Below are positions 12,859-23,783 of a stretch of 64,000 nucleotides of DNA, piece by piece; positions within the stretch are counted from its first letter, which is position 1; each line of letters begins with the position of its first letter. Source of the DNA: Octopus vulgaris. Lineage: Eukaryota. The DNA lies in the NCBI GenBank assembly GCA_951406725.2, contig OX597822.1, forward strand, positions 25,234,001 through 25,298,000. Direction: 5' to 3'. The position numbers and the translations under genes were made by a program. Below the pieces are notes generated by a model. It ran no database searches. It worked only from the letters and a program-made list of their open reading frames with translations, and was not told where the DNA came from.

Positions 12859-14208
12859 TTGTTCATTCCCCCTTTGGGGGGAAGAATGTCGTCTAGCATG
12901 GAGCCTACCGTTGGAGCAGAAATACTTGTTTCTCCTGTTGAGAGGAGGAAATACATGTCCGGCGAGGAGCCAAATACAGACAAGGAAATAGGGGTTTCCC
13001 CCGCTACAAGAAGGAATAGCAGAGAGGATAATATATTTGATATTTTTGGAGATGTGTCTGAGAGCTCGTCAGAACTTTCACCAGAAGAGTTTCCGACTTT
13101 GCCAGAGAACAAAGGCATTGTGTCGAAGAGAATAATTGATGTGCCTAGCATCCAGATAGGACCAAAAAATGGAAAAAAAAAGTTTTGCGTTGGCTGCTGG
13201 GGGTGGAACCCAGATACTGTCGACGAATAAAAGCGAAATTATGAAATACAGCAAAATGATGGAAATAACTGACAACGGTGTGAAAATTGAACCTCCGCAA
13301 AAGTTATTACAGGAAGAAAAGCAAAAAACAATAATTTTCAAAACATATTGTCTACAAAAAAGAAAAATTGAAAGAATGTCAGAAGGGAAAATAGAAAAGT
13401 GCTTAAAGCCAATATTGGGCGACGTAGTATTTCAGAGAAGAGGAAAAAATTCGGAACGGTGGAAGTAAGGTTCACCAATAAAGAAATAGCACACAAGAAC
13501 TCAGTTGAAACGCTGAAAACAAACGACGTGGAGTTAATCCCCTATTATATGGGGATGAGGACGTCGCGAATAAAAATTACAAGGGTCCCGCCAGAGGTCG
13601 AACCTATGTGGTTGTTGGCGGCAGTCCTAATCAAAGAGGTAGAAAAAATTACTCTCCTCCAGGCTACCGCTACGGAAAACCCACGCTGGGATGGTCAAAC
13701 AATTAATCTTCTCATTCAAGCGGACCCTAAAATAATTCAAACAATTCCTGAGACAATTGAGGTAGGGGAGGAGAACCTCGTGGTGTTTGTTGAGGGCCGA
13801 AAACCTCGATGTTTTTTATGTGGTCAATTAGGCCACATTCGAAGGAACTGCAAGGAAAATGAAGAAGAGGAGGAAGAGGAGAAAAAAGACAAAGAGGAAG
13901 AAGATAAAGAAGAAACAGATGAGAAAAAAACAACAAACAAAAGAAAAATACAACCAGCAACCCAGCCGAGAGCGGCGACTACTACAGAACAACGACCAAA
14001 AAGGACTGCCAGAAGAGAAAAAGAAGAAAAAGGCATAACAGCCGTATACACTAAAGATACTGAGCTCAAGAGAGACATTCAACTCATAAAGACTGTAAAA
14101 AAATTGATAACCTTTCAGAGGAATTTATCAATTACGACATATATGAAGTCTCAAATAAGACTTATAGAATTCTACAAAATAAGTACAGAAAGACTGTATC
14201 TTCATTGA
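12859..14208 (+). CDS. LINE ORF1 (gag-like, zinc knuckle), split by frameshifts near A-runs
   Basis: Overlapping ORFs 12859-13230, 13169-13468 and 13399-14208; KPRCFLCGQLGHIRRNC = CX2CX4HX4C followed by an acidic/basic tract. Start uncertain. Confidence 0.75.
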
Positions 14209-14424
14209 GATTAGATTTTAACAAGTCGATATTTCAGGGATTACCAGCTCCGATCCCGCGAGAAAAGGAAAAGGTGGAGATTCCCCCTCCACCTGATAAT
14301 TCTGTGTCGGTGGTGAGACGGGATTTTGACAAATCTATTTCCCAAGACCGTCCACCTCCGACCCTGGATCAAAAAAGGTGGAGGGTCCCCCTCCACCGGA
14401 CAATCCTAATTAAACAGGTAAGTG

Positions 14425-17400
14425 ATGGCTATTCACATTGGTTGTTTAAATGTTCATGGCCTGTTGTCAAGCTGGAAGCAAGGACGCTTTCTGAATGACA
14501 TCAGGTCGAGAAATTTGGATGTAATTGTTGCAACGGAAACCCGGGTGAAGGGGCCAAGAGATCTGCTCCCCCTCCTGAACGGCTACGAGAAATACGTTTC
14601 TCCGAGTCGGGCGGGAGGTGGGGGTGGGGTGTTGGTCCTACTAAAAAGAAACCGGGTAGCCGAGAAAAAGTTGTTTTTTTCTGACCCAGAAGGCAGGCTG
14701 GTCGTTCTCGACTTGACATTCAGTTGTGGCAAGACAATCAGGCTGGTCGCTATTTACGCACCAAACATTATTGGCCCGCAAACTGAATATTTTCGTGGCC
14801 TAGGAAAGTTCCTAGCCACGTCGCATTCACTAGTAGTGTTAGGAGACTCTAATACAATATGTGCAGCACACACAGATTGTGTTGGCTCAAACTCGAACAT
14901 GAACAGAAAATGTAACCCAGGCTTTCGGGATCTGCTAAGTCAATTTCAGCTAGCAGATCCATATAGGTTGGAGCACCCGAACACTCCACAGTGGACGTGG
15001 TCAAATAGTGACGGGTCTACCAGAACATATCTAGATAGGATTTTAATTAGAGAAAAAGATAAGTCCATAGTTGAGTGTCCACAGTTTTTTCTAGTCAGCT
15101 ACAGTGACCACAAGATGGTTACCTGTAAACTGACGGTAGACAAGTTGCATAGACAGGGATCTGGCTACTGGAAACTCAATACGTCCCTTTTGGCGATTGA
15201 GGAGTACAGAAAGCGGATCAAGATGTTAATACAGAGAGCATTAACAGGTACCATCATTAATAACAAATGGTGGTACGCCCTAAAAAGAGCCATCAAATAT
15301 GAGTCTATTAGGTTTAGCATAAGTTTAGCTAAGAAGGGACGTAAAATAGGAGATGGTCTAGTTAAGGAACTAGAAGAAGCCTGGAGGACTGGTAATACAG
15401 ACCAAGCGAGGGTGAAAAGACTGGAGTTAAACCAGCATCTTGAAGCCCACCACATGGGAAGTATTACCAGAGCTAAGTTACGTGCAATGGGAAGTGAAGG
15501 AATCAAAGCCGCTGGATGGGCCCGAGTGGTGGAAGCTCGGCAAGGAAATAGTTCCTCTATTCGGTCTTTGACGAATCAAAATGGTGTCTTGATAAACGAA
15601 CCCGAGAAAATGTGTGAGGTCTTTCGGGAGTACTTCGCCCAGCTGTTCGGGGGTGACGGCGGTCCTGGTGGTGGGAGAGCCCTCGGGGACCTTCTTACCG
15701 GGCTGCCGTGCCTCTCGGGGTCGGATGCGGAGTCTTGCGAAGGGCCAATCACACCTGAAGAGGTGATGGAGGCTTTGGCCGATTGTAAAGCGGGTAAGTC
15801 ACCGGGACTTGATGGTCTTCCGTACGAGCTGTATAAATGTATGGCAGACTTGTTCGGGCAACTACTGACTGACGTGTACGCGAACTGGAAACAGAATGGG
15901 TTTATCCCCAGATCTGTGCGCCGAGGAGTAGTGACGTTGGTCAGAAAGGACCCGGACAAGGGGGACGTTCTAGAGAATTTCAGGCCCATCACTCTGTTAA
16001 ACGCAGAAGTGAAGATTTTGGCCAATGTTCTAGCAAAAAGGTTGGCGCGTGTCGCGAATGGTATAGTCGGGGAGGCACAGACATGTGCCATCCCAAGCAG
16101 AACCATTCAGGATACCCTCCATCTTATTCGCTATACCATAGAGAGGTTTGGTAATAAATCTGGCAAAGGTGGGGCATTGGTGCATTTGGACCAGTCTAAA
16201 GCTTTTGATAGGGTTGACCATCGATACCTAGCGACTGTACTTGCGCGGTTTGGCCTGGGCCTTGGCTTCCTCAGGTGGTTTATCGCTTTGTACCACAACA
16301 TTGACTCGATAGTTCGGGTGAACGGTTTCCTTTCGAAGCCGTTCTGCATCAGACGCTCGGTTCGTCAAGGATGTCCGCTTTCACCACTTTTGTATGTGAT
16401 GGCTCTCGAGCCATTACTGCAAAGGTTGAGTGGCATCCCGAGAGAACCAGGATTAGAGGAGTTTGTTACGGCTTTCGCGGATGATATCACTATCAGTGTA
16501 ACCACAGTGGCACGCCTACGTGAAGTAGGTAAGACTATTGAGGCTTACGAGGAGGTAGCAGGAGCAAAGATTAACCGGGAAAACTCGGTCGGCTTGCAGC
16601 TCGGCACCTGGGTTGGCAAGTCGATGCCTTCAGATAGTGTTGTTAGGCGCTGGACGGAGGGACCGGTTAAGTTGCTGGGAGTCTGGTTTGGACCAGGCCT
16701 CCAGATAGAGAAGAACTGGACGGAGGTATTGAGCAGGGTGGCTGCAGTAGTCAAGACCTGGTCTTGGCGGTGGCTATCCCTGAAAGGGAGGGCGGAAGTG
16801 GCCAATGTGTTTATCGCATCGGTCATTACCTACCGCCTGACCGTCGTGCCCTGTCCGGATTCGTGGTTGATCAGGTTGGAGAGACAGCTCTTTCGCTTTT
16901 TGTGGAAGGGCAGGTCGCCACTTGTGAAACGCTCTGTCTGCTGTCAAAAGCCTTTAAAGGGAGGTTTAGGGATGCCTTGGTTAATGATGCGCAGACATGA
17001 TGCGTTGAGGTTGAGGCACCTCTGGATTCTCCTGGATAGTGAACGGGTGTGGTCTCTGCTGGCCAGACAAATGTTCCCTGATTTCAAGAGTTTTTGCGAA
17101 CAGGAAGCCTGGTGTTCTCATAGACCGAGGTCGAGTGAGTGGCATAAAGAGTGCCGTAAGGCCCTCTTGCTGTTCCGGCGCTCGGGCAACGCCAGCGGTG
17201 GGGGTTCCACACGGATTTTATATAGTGGGTTGGTAGAGTCTGAATGCGACGATGGCCTGGGGTCGACTCTAGGTCTCGGATTTATTCAACTGGACAGCTT
17301 GTTTCATCGTACATTCGGGTTGAGAACGTTGGACAACTTCCAAAAGTCCTTAACCTGGCAATGCTACAGAGGTGCCTTGCCCGTTTGGGATAAGCTCGCA

Positions 17401-17727
17401 AGACATGGTAAACGTCAGTCGCCGACCTGTCCAAGATGCGGGGGGGACAGGGAAACCGTCCCTCACGCTATTGTTCAGTGTCCGGAGATAACTGAAATGT
17501 GGGCTTATGCTGAACATCTGTTGTCCGGCGAAGGAAGAGTACGGCTGTCGACTGAGTCAATTATAAAAATTGACCCACCGGGAGTTCTAACGAACGAAGG
17601 TAAGAATTGTTTTCTCACGGTTGTAGCAATAGCAAAAGAGGCTGTATGGAAGACTAGGATAAAAGGAATTAAGACAGGCAACTTTATCTCTGGTGACAAT
17701 TTACGATCCTTTTTTCTTTTCATTTGA
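14425..17727 (+). CDS. LINE ORF2: apurinic-like endonuclease + reverse transcriptase + C-terminal Cys motif
   Basis: 1100 aa from the ATG; EN motifs LNVHG, ATET, IYAP, GDSN, YLD, SDH; RT motifs KSPGLDG, RPITLLN, DQSKAFDRV, VRQGCPLSP, FADD; CPRC..ETVPHAIVQC. The true end probably lies ~100 nt further, past a frameshift in a T-run. Confidence 0.95.
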   Translation: MAIHIGCLNVHGLLSSWKQGRFLNDIRSRNLDVIVATETRVKGPRDLLPLLNGYEKYVSPSRAGGGGGVLVLLKRNRVAEKKLFFSDPEGRLVVLDLTFSCGKTIRLVAIYAPNIIGPQTEYFRGLGKFLATSHSLVVLGDSNTICAAHTDCVGSNSNMNRKCNPGFRDLLSQFQLADPYRLEHPNTPQWTWSNSDGSTRTYLDRILIREKDKSIVECPQFFLVSYSDHKMVTCKLTVDKLHRQGSGYWKLNTSLLAIEEYRKRIKMLIQRALTGTIINNKWWYALKRAIKYESIRFSISLAKKGRKIGDGLVKELEEAWRTGNTDQARVKRLELNQHLEAHHMGSITRAKLRAMGSEGIKAAGWARVVEARQGNSSSIRSLTNQNGVLINEPEKMCEVFREYFAQLFGGDGGPGGGRALGDLLTGLPCLSGSDAESCEGPITPEEVMEALADCKAGKSPGLDGLPYELYKCMADLFGQLLTDVYANWKQNGFIPRSVRRGVVTLVRKDPDKGDVLENFRPITLLNAEVKILANVLAKRLARVANGIVGEAQTCAIPSRTIQDTLHLIRYTIERFGNKSGKGGALVHLDQSKAFDRVDHRYLATVLARFGLGLGFLRWFIALYHNIDSIVRVNGFLSKPFCIRRSVRQGCPLSPLLYVMALEPLLQRLSGIPREPGLEEFVTAFADDITISVTTVARLREVGKTIEAYEEVAGAKINRENSVGLQLGTWVGKSMPSDSVVRRWTEGPVKLLGVWFGPGLQIEKNWTEVLSRVAAVVKTWSWRWLSLKGRAEVANVFIASVITYRLTVVPCPDSWLIRLERQLFRFLWKGRSPLVKRSVCCQKPLKGGLGMPWLMMRRHDALRLRHLWILLDSERVWSLLARQMFPDFKSFCEQEAWCSHRPRSSEWHKECRKALLLFRRSGNASGGGSTRILYSGLVESECDDGLGSTLGLGFIQLDSLFHRTFGLRTLDNFQKSLTWQCYRGALPVWDKLARHGKRQSPTCPRCGGDRETVPHAIVQCPEITEMWAYAEHLLSGEGRVRLSTESIIKIDPPGVLTNEGKNCFLTVVAIAKEAVWKTRIKGIKTGNFISGDNLRSFFLFI

Positions 17728-18070
17728 AAAGGAAACTGTGGCTGGAGAAGAGGTGTCTGTCAGAGTGTACGTTCCAAAAGAGATGGAAGTATGTTGCACG
17801 AGTGTTGTGCGTGCAAGGAACCGTGTGAATAGACGAGGAAAAAAAAGGAAAAATAAAAAGGTATCAGCGGTAGATCGGGGCTTGTGGGATCGGAGCGTAA
17901 CTTGATCATCGCTTCATTTGTATTGTTTTTGTACTGCGTATTCCATTCGATTTTTATGTATTGTATTTTATTTTTGATGTCACATTTATGTAAAATCATA
18001 TCGATTCACTGATCCCATCAGTTGTACTGTCCATATCTATGTTTGGCCCCCGGTGGGCAATAAAGAAATT

Positions 18071-18252
18071 CGTATTTCGTCTGCCGTTACGTTCTGAGTT
18101 CAAATTCCGCCGAGGTCGACTTTGCCTTTCATCCTTTCGGGGTCGATAAATAAAGTATCAGTTTCGCACTGGGGTCGATGTAATCGACTTAATCCGTTTG
18201 TCTGTCCTTGTTTGTCCCCTCTATGTTTAGCCCCTTATGGGTAGTAAAGAAA
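18071..18252 (+). mobile_element. SINE1 body and tail A (3' part of the split copy)
   Basis: GTATTTCGTCTGCCGTTACGTTCTGAGTTCAAATTCC...GTAGTAAAGAAATA. Confidence 0.9.
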
Positions 18253-18299
18253 TATATATACATGTGCCACCTCATGAGCTCTGGGGCCCACTCGGCCCC

Positions 18300-19294
18300 T
18301 CTCTCTTTCTTTCTCTCTTTCTCTGTGGCACTTTCGTTATCTAAATCTTTCTTTCTTCGTTTCTGTCATCTAGACCCCCTTCTTTCTTTCTTTCTTTCTT
18401 TCACATATATACTCTTCTCTGTATCTTTATCTCTCTTTTCCTTTTCTCTCTTCCTTACACTCTCTCTTCCTTTCTATCTGACTCTCTCTTCTACTCTACT
18501 TCATTCACTCTCCTTAACCTCCTAACTCTACTCTCTGCTCCACAACTCTCTCCCTCTCTCCTTAACATTCTCTCTCTCTTCCAAACTCTATCGTAGTTGG
18601 CTCTTTCTTCGCTGCCTTTCTCCTTCTCTACCTCCGTCCCTCTATACTTCTTTCTCTCTTTACCTCTCTCCCTCTACTTAACTCTCACTCTATCTCACTG
18701 TCACACTATATGACGTAATCAATCTCACTCATTCTCTCTCCTTCTCCATATATTTTTCAGTGTCATTCAATGTCAAGGTTGACCTTCTCACCAATGAAAA
18801 CAAAAACATTGAACACACCAGCGTCATTGAATACTTTCTTCAGCATTCCACCCCCCACCCCCACATCACCAATCCACCCTTTCGTCAATTTAACTCCAGC
18901 TATCGTCGCTGCTATTGACACCATTATTAAACTCTCCGGATCACGCATCTTACACACATATACCATCAGAGATAGACAGATAGAACACACGCACGCACGC
19001 ACGCACGCACACACTCACTCAGTCACTCACTTTCATACACATACACACATACATATACAAATAAACAAAACACATATACACAGATAATATACGCACACAT
19101 ACATGTATATATACACATACGATCTCCGGATTACACATATATACCGTCAGGGTTAGATAAATATAACACATGCACACACATACACACACACGCATGCGCA
19201 CACTCACATACTCGCTTACTCTCTCATATATACACACACACATATAAATAACACACAGACACAGACAAAACGCGTGCACATACATGCACACACC

Positions 19295-19354
<60 letters not shown>

Positions 19355-19851
19355 GCGCATATAAATAAACACATATACCAGACGATCACGAACACATAAC
19401 GCATAGACAATACGTGCGCGCACACACATACAAACGAGATCATACATCAGACGCACATGTACACAAATAACACATATACACACGCATACACATGCATACA
19501 TACACGCGCACACATATGATAGGCATATAAATACTCACACACTTCAGACGTACATTTGTACAAATAATATACGTGCATACAAGCAATTTGCATACACAGA
19601 TTTACACACATACATACGGACAGAAACACTTCATCAAACGCATGTGTGTACAAATAACATGCACATGTATAATAGGTATATACGCACACGGAAACGTACG
19701 CATACACATGCACAAACATACATGCATATCGGAAACACACGTACATACACAAACATCATAAACATACATCACCACGTATCAAAACCTGTGAATAAACCAA
19801 ATTCGTACACACACACATACACACACACACATACACACATACACGCACACG

Positions 19852-19894
<43 letters not shown>

Positions 19895-20145
19895 GCTTAC
19901 ACACACACACACGCTTACACACACACACACACACACGTTCACAAACTATTACCATCACCAAACACTGCTTTCACCACCTGAACGAATTCAGTACCAAATA
20001 CATCACAAATCCATACTAATTCCACCACCACCACCACCATCACCACCACCACCACCACCACCATCACCACCAAACTAACCATTATCACTGCTAGCACAAC
20101 TACGACAACGACAACCACCATCACCAGCACAACAGCGACGTTACC
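18300..20145. repeat. Low-complexity region: CT-rich, degenerate (CA)n/(TA)n, (CAC)n
   Basis: Direct reading. Confidence 0.85.
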
Positions 20146-21329
20146 ACCGTCAACAGTAACAACTCAATTAAATCCGTGCCTCACCAACCAGTCCCCCATG
20201 TCTTCACCCCACCCTCATTTTCGTTAATGTTACTTTTATGTCAGATTCTATTTGACAGACGTAAAGGAAAGTTTAAAAGAAATAAAAACGAAATAAAAAC
20301 TAAAAGTAAAACGATTAAAAACAATCACTTAAACAAACAAAACAACCAAGATATCAGTCCGGATTGTTTTGGAGGTCGCCATTTTGTTTCATGTCACACA
20401 ATTTGAAATAATGCTTGCTGCTAAACTCTAAAAGAAATTATTTTCATTAATGTTTAATATTGTAATGGTGTTGGTGTTGGTGGTCGTGTTTCATGACGAT
20501 GTTGAAGATAATGGTGTGTATGTGTTGGTATTTTGGTAATTTTGTTATTTGGTTGTCTCATTATATGGTCCGTTGGAAGTTTGATTGGTGGTTTTTGTGG
20601 GTCAGTAGGACGATATTGCAAGAACGGTTTTCATTACTTGGTTGTAAGATGGGTGTGCCGTATATAACCAGTTCGCTTGGCGTGTAAGAAAGACAAACGG
20701 ACAGACAGATAGATAACTCAAGATATTTTGGTTAGTTGCTTCATCACTTGGATTGTAGATCAACCAGGCAGATTGCAAGTTAGATGAATAGATAAATAGA
20801 TAAATAGATAGATAAATAGGCTGGTAGATAGCTAGCTAGCTGGATAGTTAGACAGATAAATAGATGATGTTAGTAGTCGCTAAAGCTAAATTGTCATTGA
20901 ATAGTTGGTTGCAACATATTTTGAGGAAAACAGTAAATTTTCCAGTCACCTTTAGAAGCAATACCTGGATACATTGTCAGTATTGTATCCTGAAGTATCT
21001 GGGTACTTTGGGTCTTACAACATAAACCCTCATCCAAAAAAACCGACCTAGGTAAATGAAGCTTAAGTCTGCTCCCAATTGTCATTGTCTTGATCCTACC
21101 TGTCACCTCTTTTCAACCAGAACAATCTAGATGTGAAGTCTAAGTTGTTTCTGAATTATTTTCTCCTACTCATTCTTTTACTGCCTAGTGTTCCATTGGA
21201 ATGGTAGATGCAAAATTCCTGTCCAAGGGTAGTAAACAATACAGCTCTATATTTAAGAGATGAGGAATTATGTACAATATTTACATTATTCACAATTGAC
21301 GGATATTTGTCCCCATCTTGTTTGTTGTT

Positions 21330-21375
21330 GACACAACGTTTCGGCTGATATACCCTCCAGCCTTCATCAGGTGCC
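21330..21375 (-). ncRNA. Minimal type-I hammerhead ribozyme fold
   Basis: GGCAC-CTGATGA-A-GGCTG(gagggtatat)CAGCC-GAAA-CG-TT-GTGTC; stem I keeps pairing through a G.U. Confidence 0.7.
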
Positions 21376-21499
21376 TTGATTAAATTTCGAACCTGAGTTC
21401 TCATTCTTATGGTATTTTTCGATGTTATCATCATCATCATCATCATTATCATTATTATTGTTATTATTATTATTATTATTATCATTATTCAGGTCACCG

Positions 21500-21531
<32 letters not shown>

Positions 21532-21589
21532 CAACAACAACATAGAAAAATACCTTAGGAAGGAGAACCCAGGTTCGAAATTTCATCAA

Positions 21590-21635
21590 GACACCTGATG
21601 AAGGCTGGAGGGTATATCAGCCGAAACGTTGTGTC
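21590..21635 (+). ncRNA. Minimal type-I hammerhead ribozyme fold
   Basis: GACAC-CTGATGA-A-GGCTG(gagggtatat)CAGCC-GAAA-CG-TT-GTGTC; perfect stems I and II; palindromic AACGTT in place of stem III. Confidence 0.75.
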
Positions 21636-21765
21636 AACAACAAGCAAGATGAGTATAAATATCCGTCAAATGTAAATAATGTACATAATTCCTCATCTCT
21701 TAAATATAGAACTGTATTGTTTACTACCCTTGGCCATGAATTTTCAATCTACCATTCCCTCATTA

Positions 21766-21920
21766 GGCCCAGAAGTGGCTGTGCGGAAAGAAGTTTACTT
21801 CCCAAGCACATGGTTCCGGATTTAGTCCCACTGAGTGGCACTTTGCGCAAGTGTTTTCTACTCGAGTCGACCAAAGCCTTGTTAACGGATTTGGTAGACG
21901 GAAAATGAAAGACGTTTGAC
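21766..21920 (+). mobile_element. SINE family 2, 5' half
   Basis: Matches 45652-45810 (GTGGCTGTG...CATGGTTCCGG..AGTCCCACTG...GGATTTGGTAGACGGAAA). Confidence 0.8.
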
Positions 21921-21942
21921 ATCACCCCGCACACCCACGCAC

Positions 21943-22046
<104 letters not shown>

Positions 22047-22064
22047 TATGTATGTATGTATAAA

Positions 22065-22410
22065 AGGAGCGCTCCGTCAGTTACGACGACGAGGGTCCAA
22101 ACTGATACGATCAACGGAACAGCTTGCTCCTGAAATTAACGTGCAAGTGGTTGAGCATTCCACAGACACGTTTACCCTTAATGTAGTTCTCAGAGAGATT
22201 CAGCGTGACATAAAGTGTGACAAGGCTGGCCCTTTGAAGTACAAGTACTACTCATTTTTGACAGCTGAGTGGACTGGAACAACGTGAAATAAAGTGTCTT
22301 GCTCAAAGAATAAAATTTCTTGCTCAAGGAATAAAGTGCCTTGCTCGGGTATTGAACTCACGACCTTACGATCGTGAGCCGAATGCCCTAACCCCTAAGC
22401 CAAGCACCTT
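22065..22410 (-). mobile_element. SINE family 3-related copy
   Basis: Reverse complement shares the body of 62680-62845 plus a tRNA-like head. Confidence 0.75.
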
Positions 22411-23696
22411 CACACATATATGTATATATAGCACGTGTCTCCTACAATTTTATATACTTAGTATCATATTCTGGAGGCATGAAGAAATATATGGTTAGTA
22501 AAATGGTCCACTCAATTTGGAATAGGTGTTCTAATAATATAATAAACTATGACAAATATATAACAGATATTAAGTTTCCAAATTAGGATAATATTAAGTC
22601 AAACCCGTCCCCCACGCATGCACACTTATTAAGTTTCTTGACTTCTGATAATGTATACATTAAAATGATTTGCACGCTGACACGCGACATCATGGGAAAT
22701 ATACATCACAGTACACAAGTATAAGTAGGCTCATAGGTGTGTATAGTATAGTTTAAGAAGATATCTGGTATCAATATACATACATACATATACACACACA
22801 TACACATATGAATTGTAAATTAACGGTGAAGATAGAGATAAGTAAATCTAGACCCCTTTTTCGTTGAGTTTATTTGTAGCCTTGCCTTGGGATTCTAAAC
22901 TCCAAACGAAATGGTAGGAATGCCACCGTGACGTACGGTGTGCCGTGTGCATTTTAAAATTTGGCGAAGCCCATTCCTCTTCAACTGTATCCTCAGCCGA
23001 TTTCTTCCAGAATGAAAGGAAGAAAAAGAGCGAGCGTGGGAGAAAGAGATAGAGAGAAGAATCTACCTATGCGCTTGTTTGGTAGTTTAAAATACCTGTA
23101 CGCAAAAGATAAAGGTGTCTTCGATGGGATTTGAACCTAAAACATGGAAAAGAATTTTATTACGTATGACGCTCGACGCTCTAATGATTCCACCACTCAT
23201 AGTTTATTATATGCGAATATACTTTTAACAAACCACTCTGCTGTTTATTGTTTATAAATATAAATGTAAAATAAATATAAATATAAAATATATATATTGT
23301 GTGTGTATGTGTGTTTTATATGTGCGCATTCGTGTTTGTGTATATGTGTGAGAAGTGTTTACATAGATATTGCAAACTGCCATACTGATAGTTTCTTTTT
23401 TGCTCCTCGTATATTCATGTCTTTCTCAGAAAACCTATTTAAAACTGCAAATTCATCATATCTTGGTCAATGTTTTTCTCGCTCATTCATTACATCCCGT
23501 CTTTTCGATTTAATAATTGTTTACACACACCTTTTGTTTAGCTATGCCAAATTTTATCTTACATCATTAGCTTTGCATTTCTTATCTTTTATTTTTCATT
23601 TGCTTTCACTAAATTAATACCACAGACTAGATTCTAATTTTAAAATATCTTACATAAGACGTATTTTATCAAATATGCTTTATCAGATATATATAC

Positions 23697-23783
<87 letters not shown>

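Larger units (their letters stand above)
12722..18070 (+). mobile_element. Full-length L1-group (Tx1-like) non-LTR retrotransposon with 16-bp TSD
   Basis: ORF1 with CCHC knuckle, ORF2 EN+RT, 3' end AATAAAGAAATT; TSD CGTATTTCGTCTG(T/C)CG at 12706-12721 and 18071-18086. Confidence 0.95.
21198..21758. mobile_element. ~560-bp head-to-head palindromic element carrying two hammerhead ribozymes
   Basis: Arms 21198-21430 and 21540-21758 are reverse complements; the centre is (ATT)n-8 nt-(AAT)n. Confidence 0.9.

Noticed and set aside
15165-16349. Antisense ORFs within LINE ORF2
   Set aside because: Expected shadows of a long GC-richer coding frame; no motifs.
20170-20430. Unique-looking segments (CGCCATTTT YY1-like site; also 46600-47000 and 30780-30930) as enhancers or exons
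   Set aside because: Cannot be supported without conservation or expression data.
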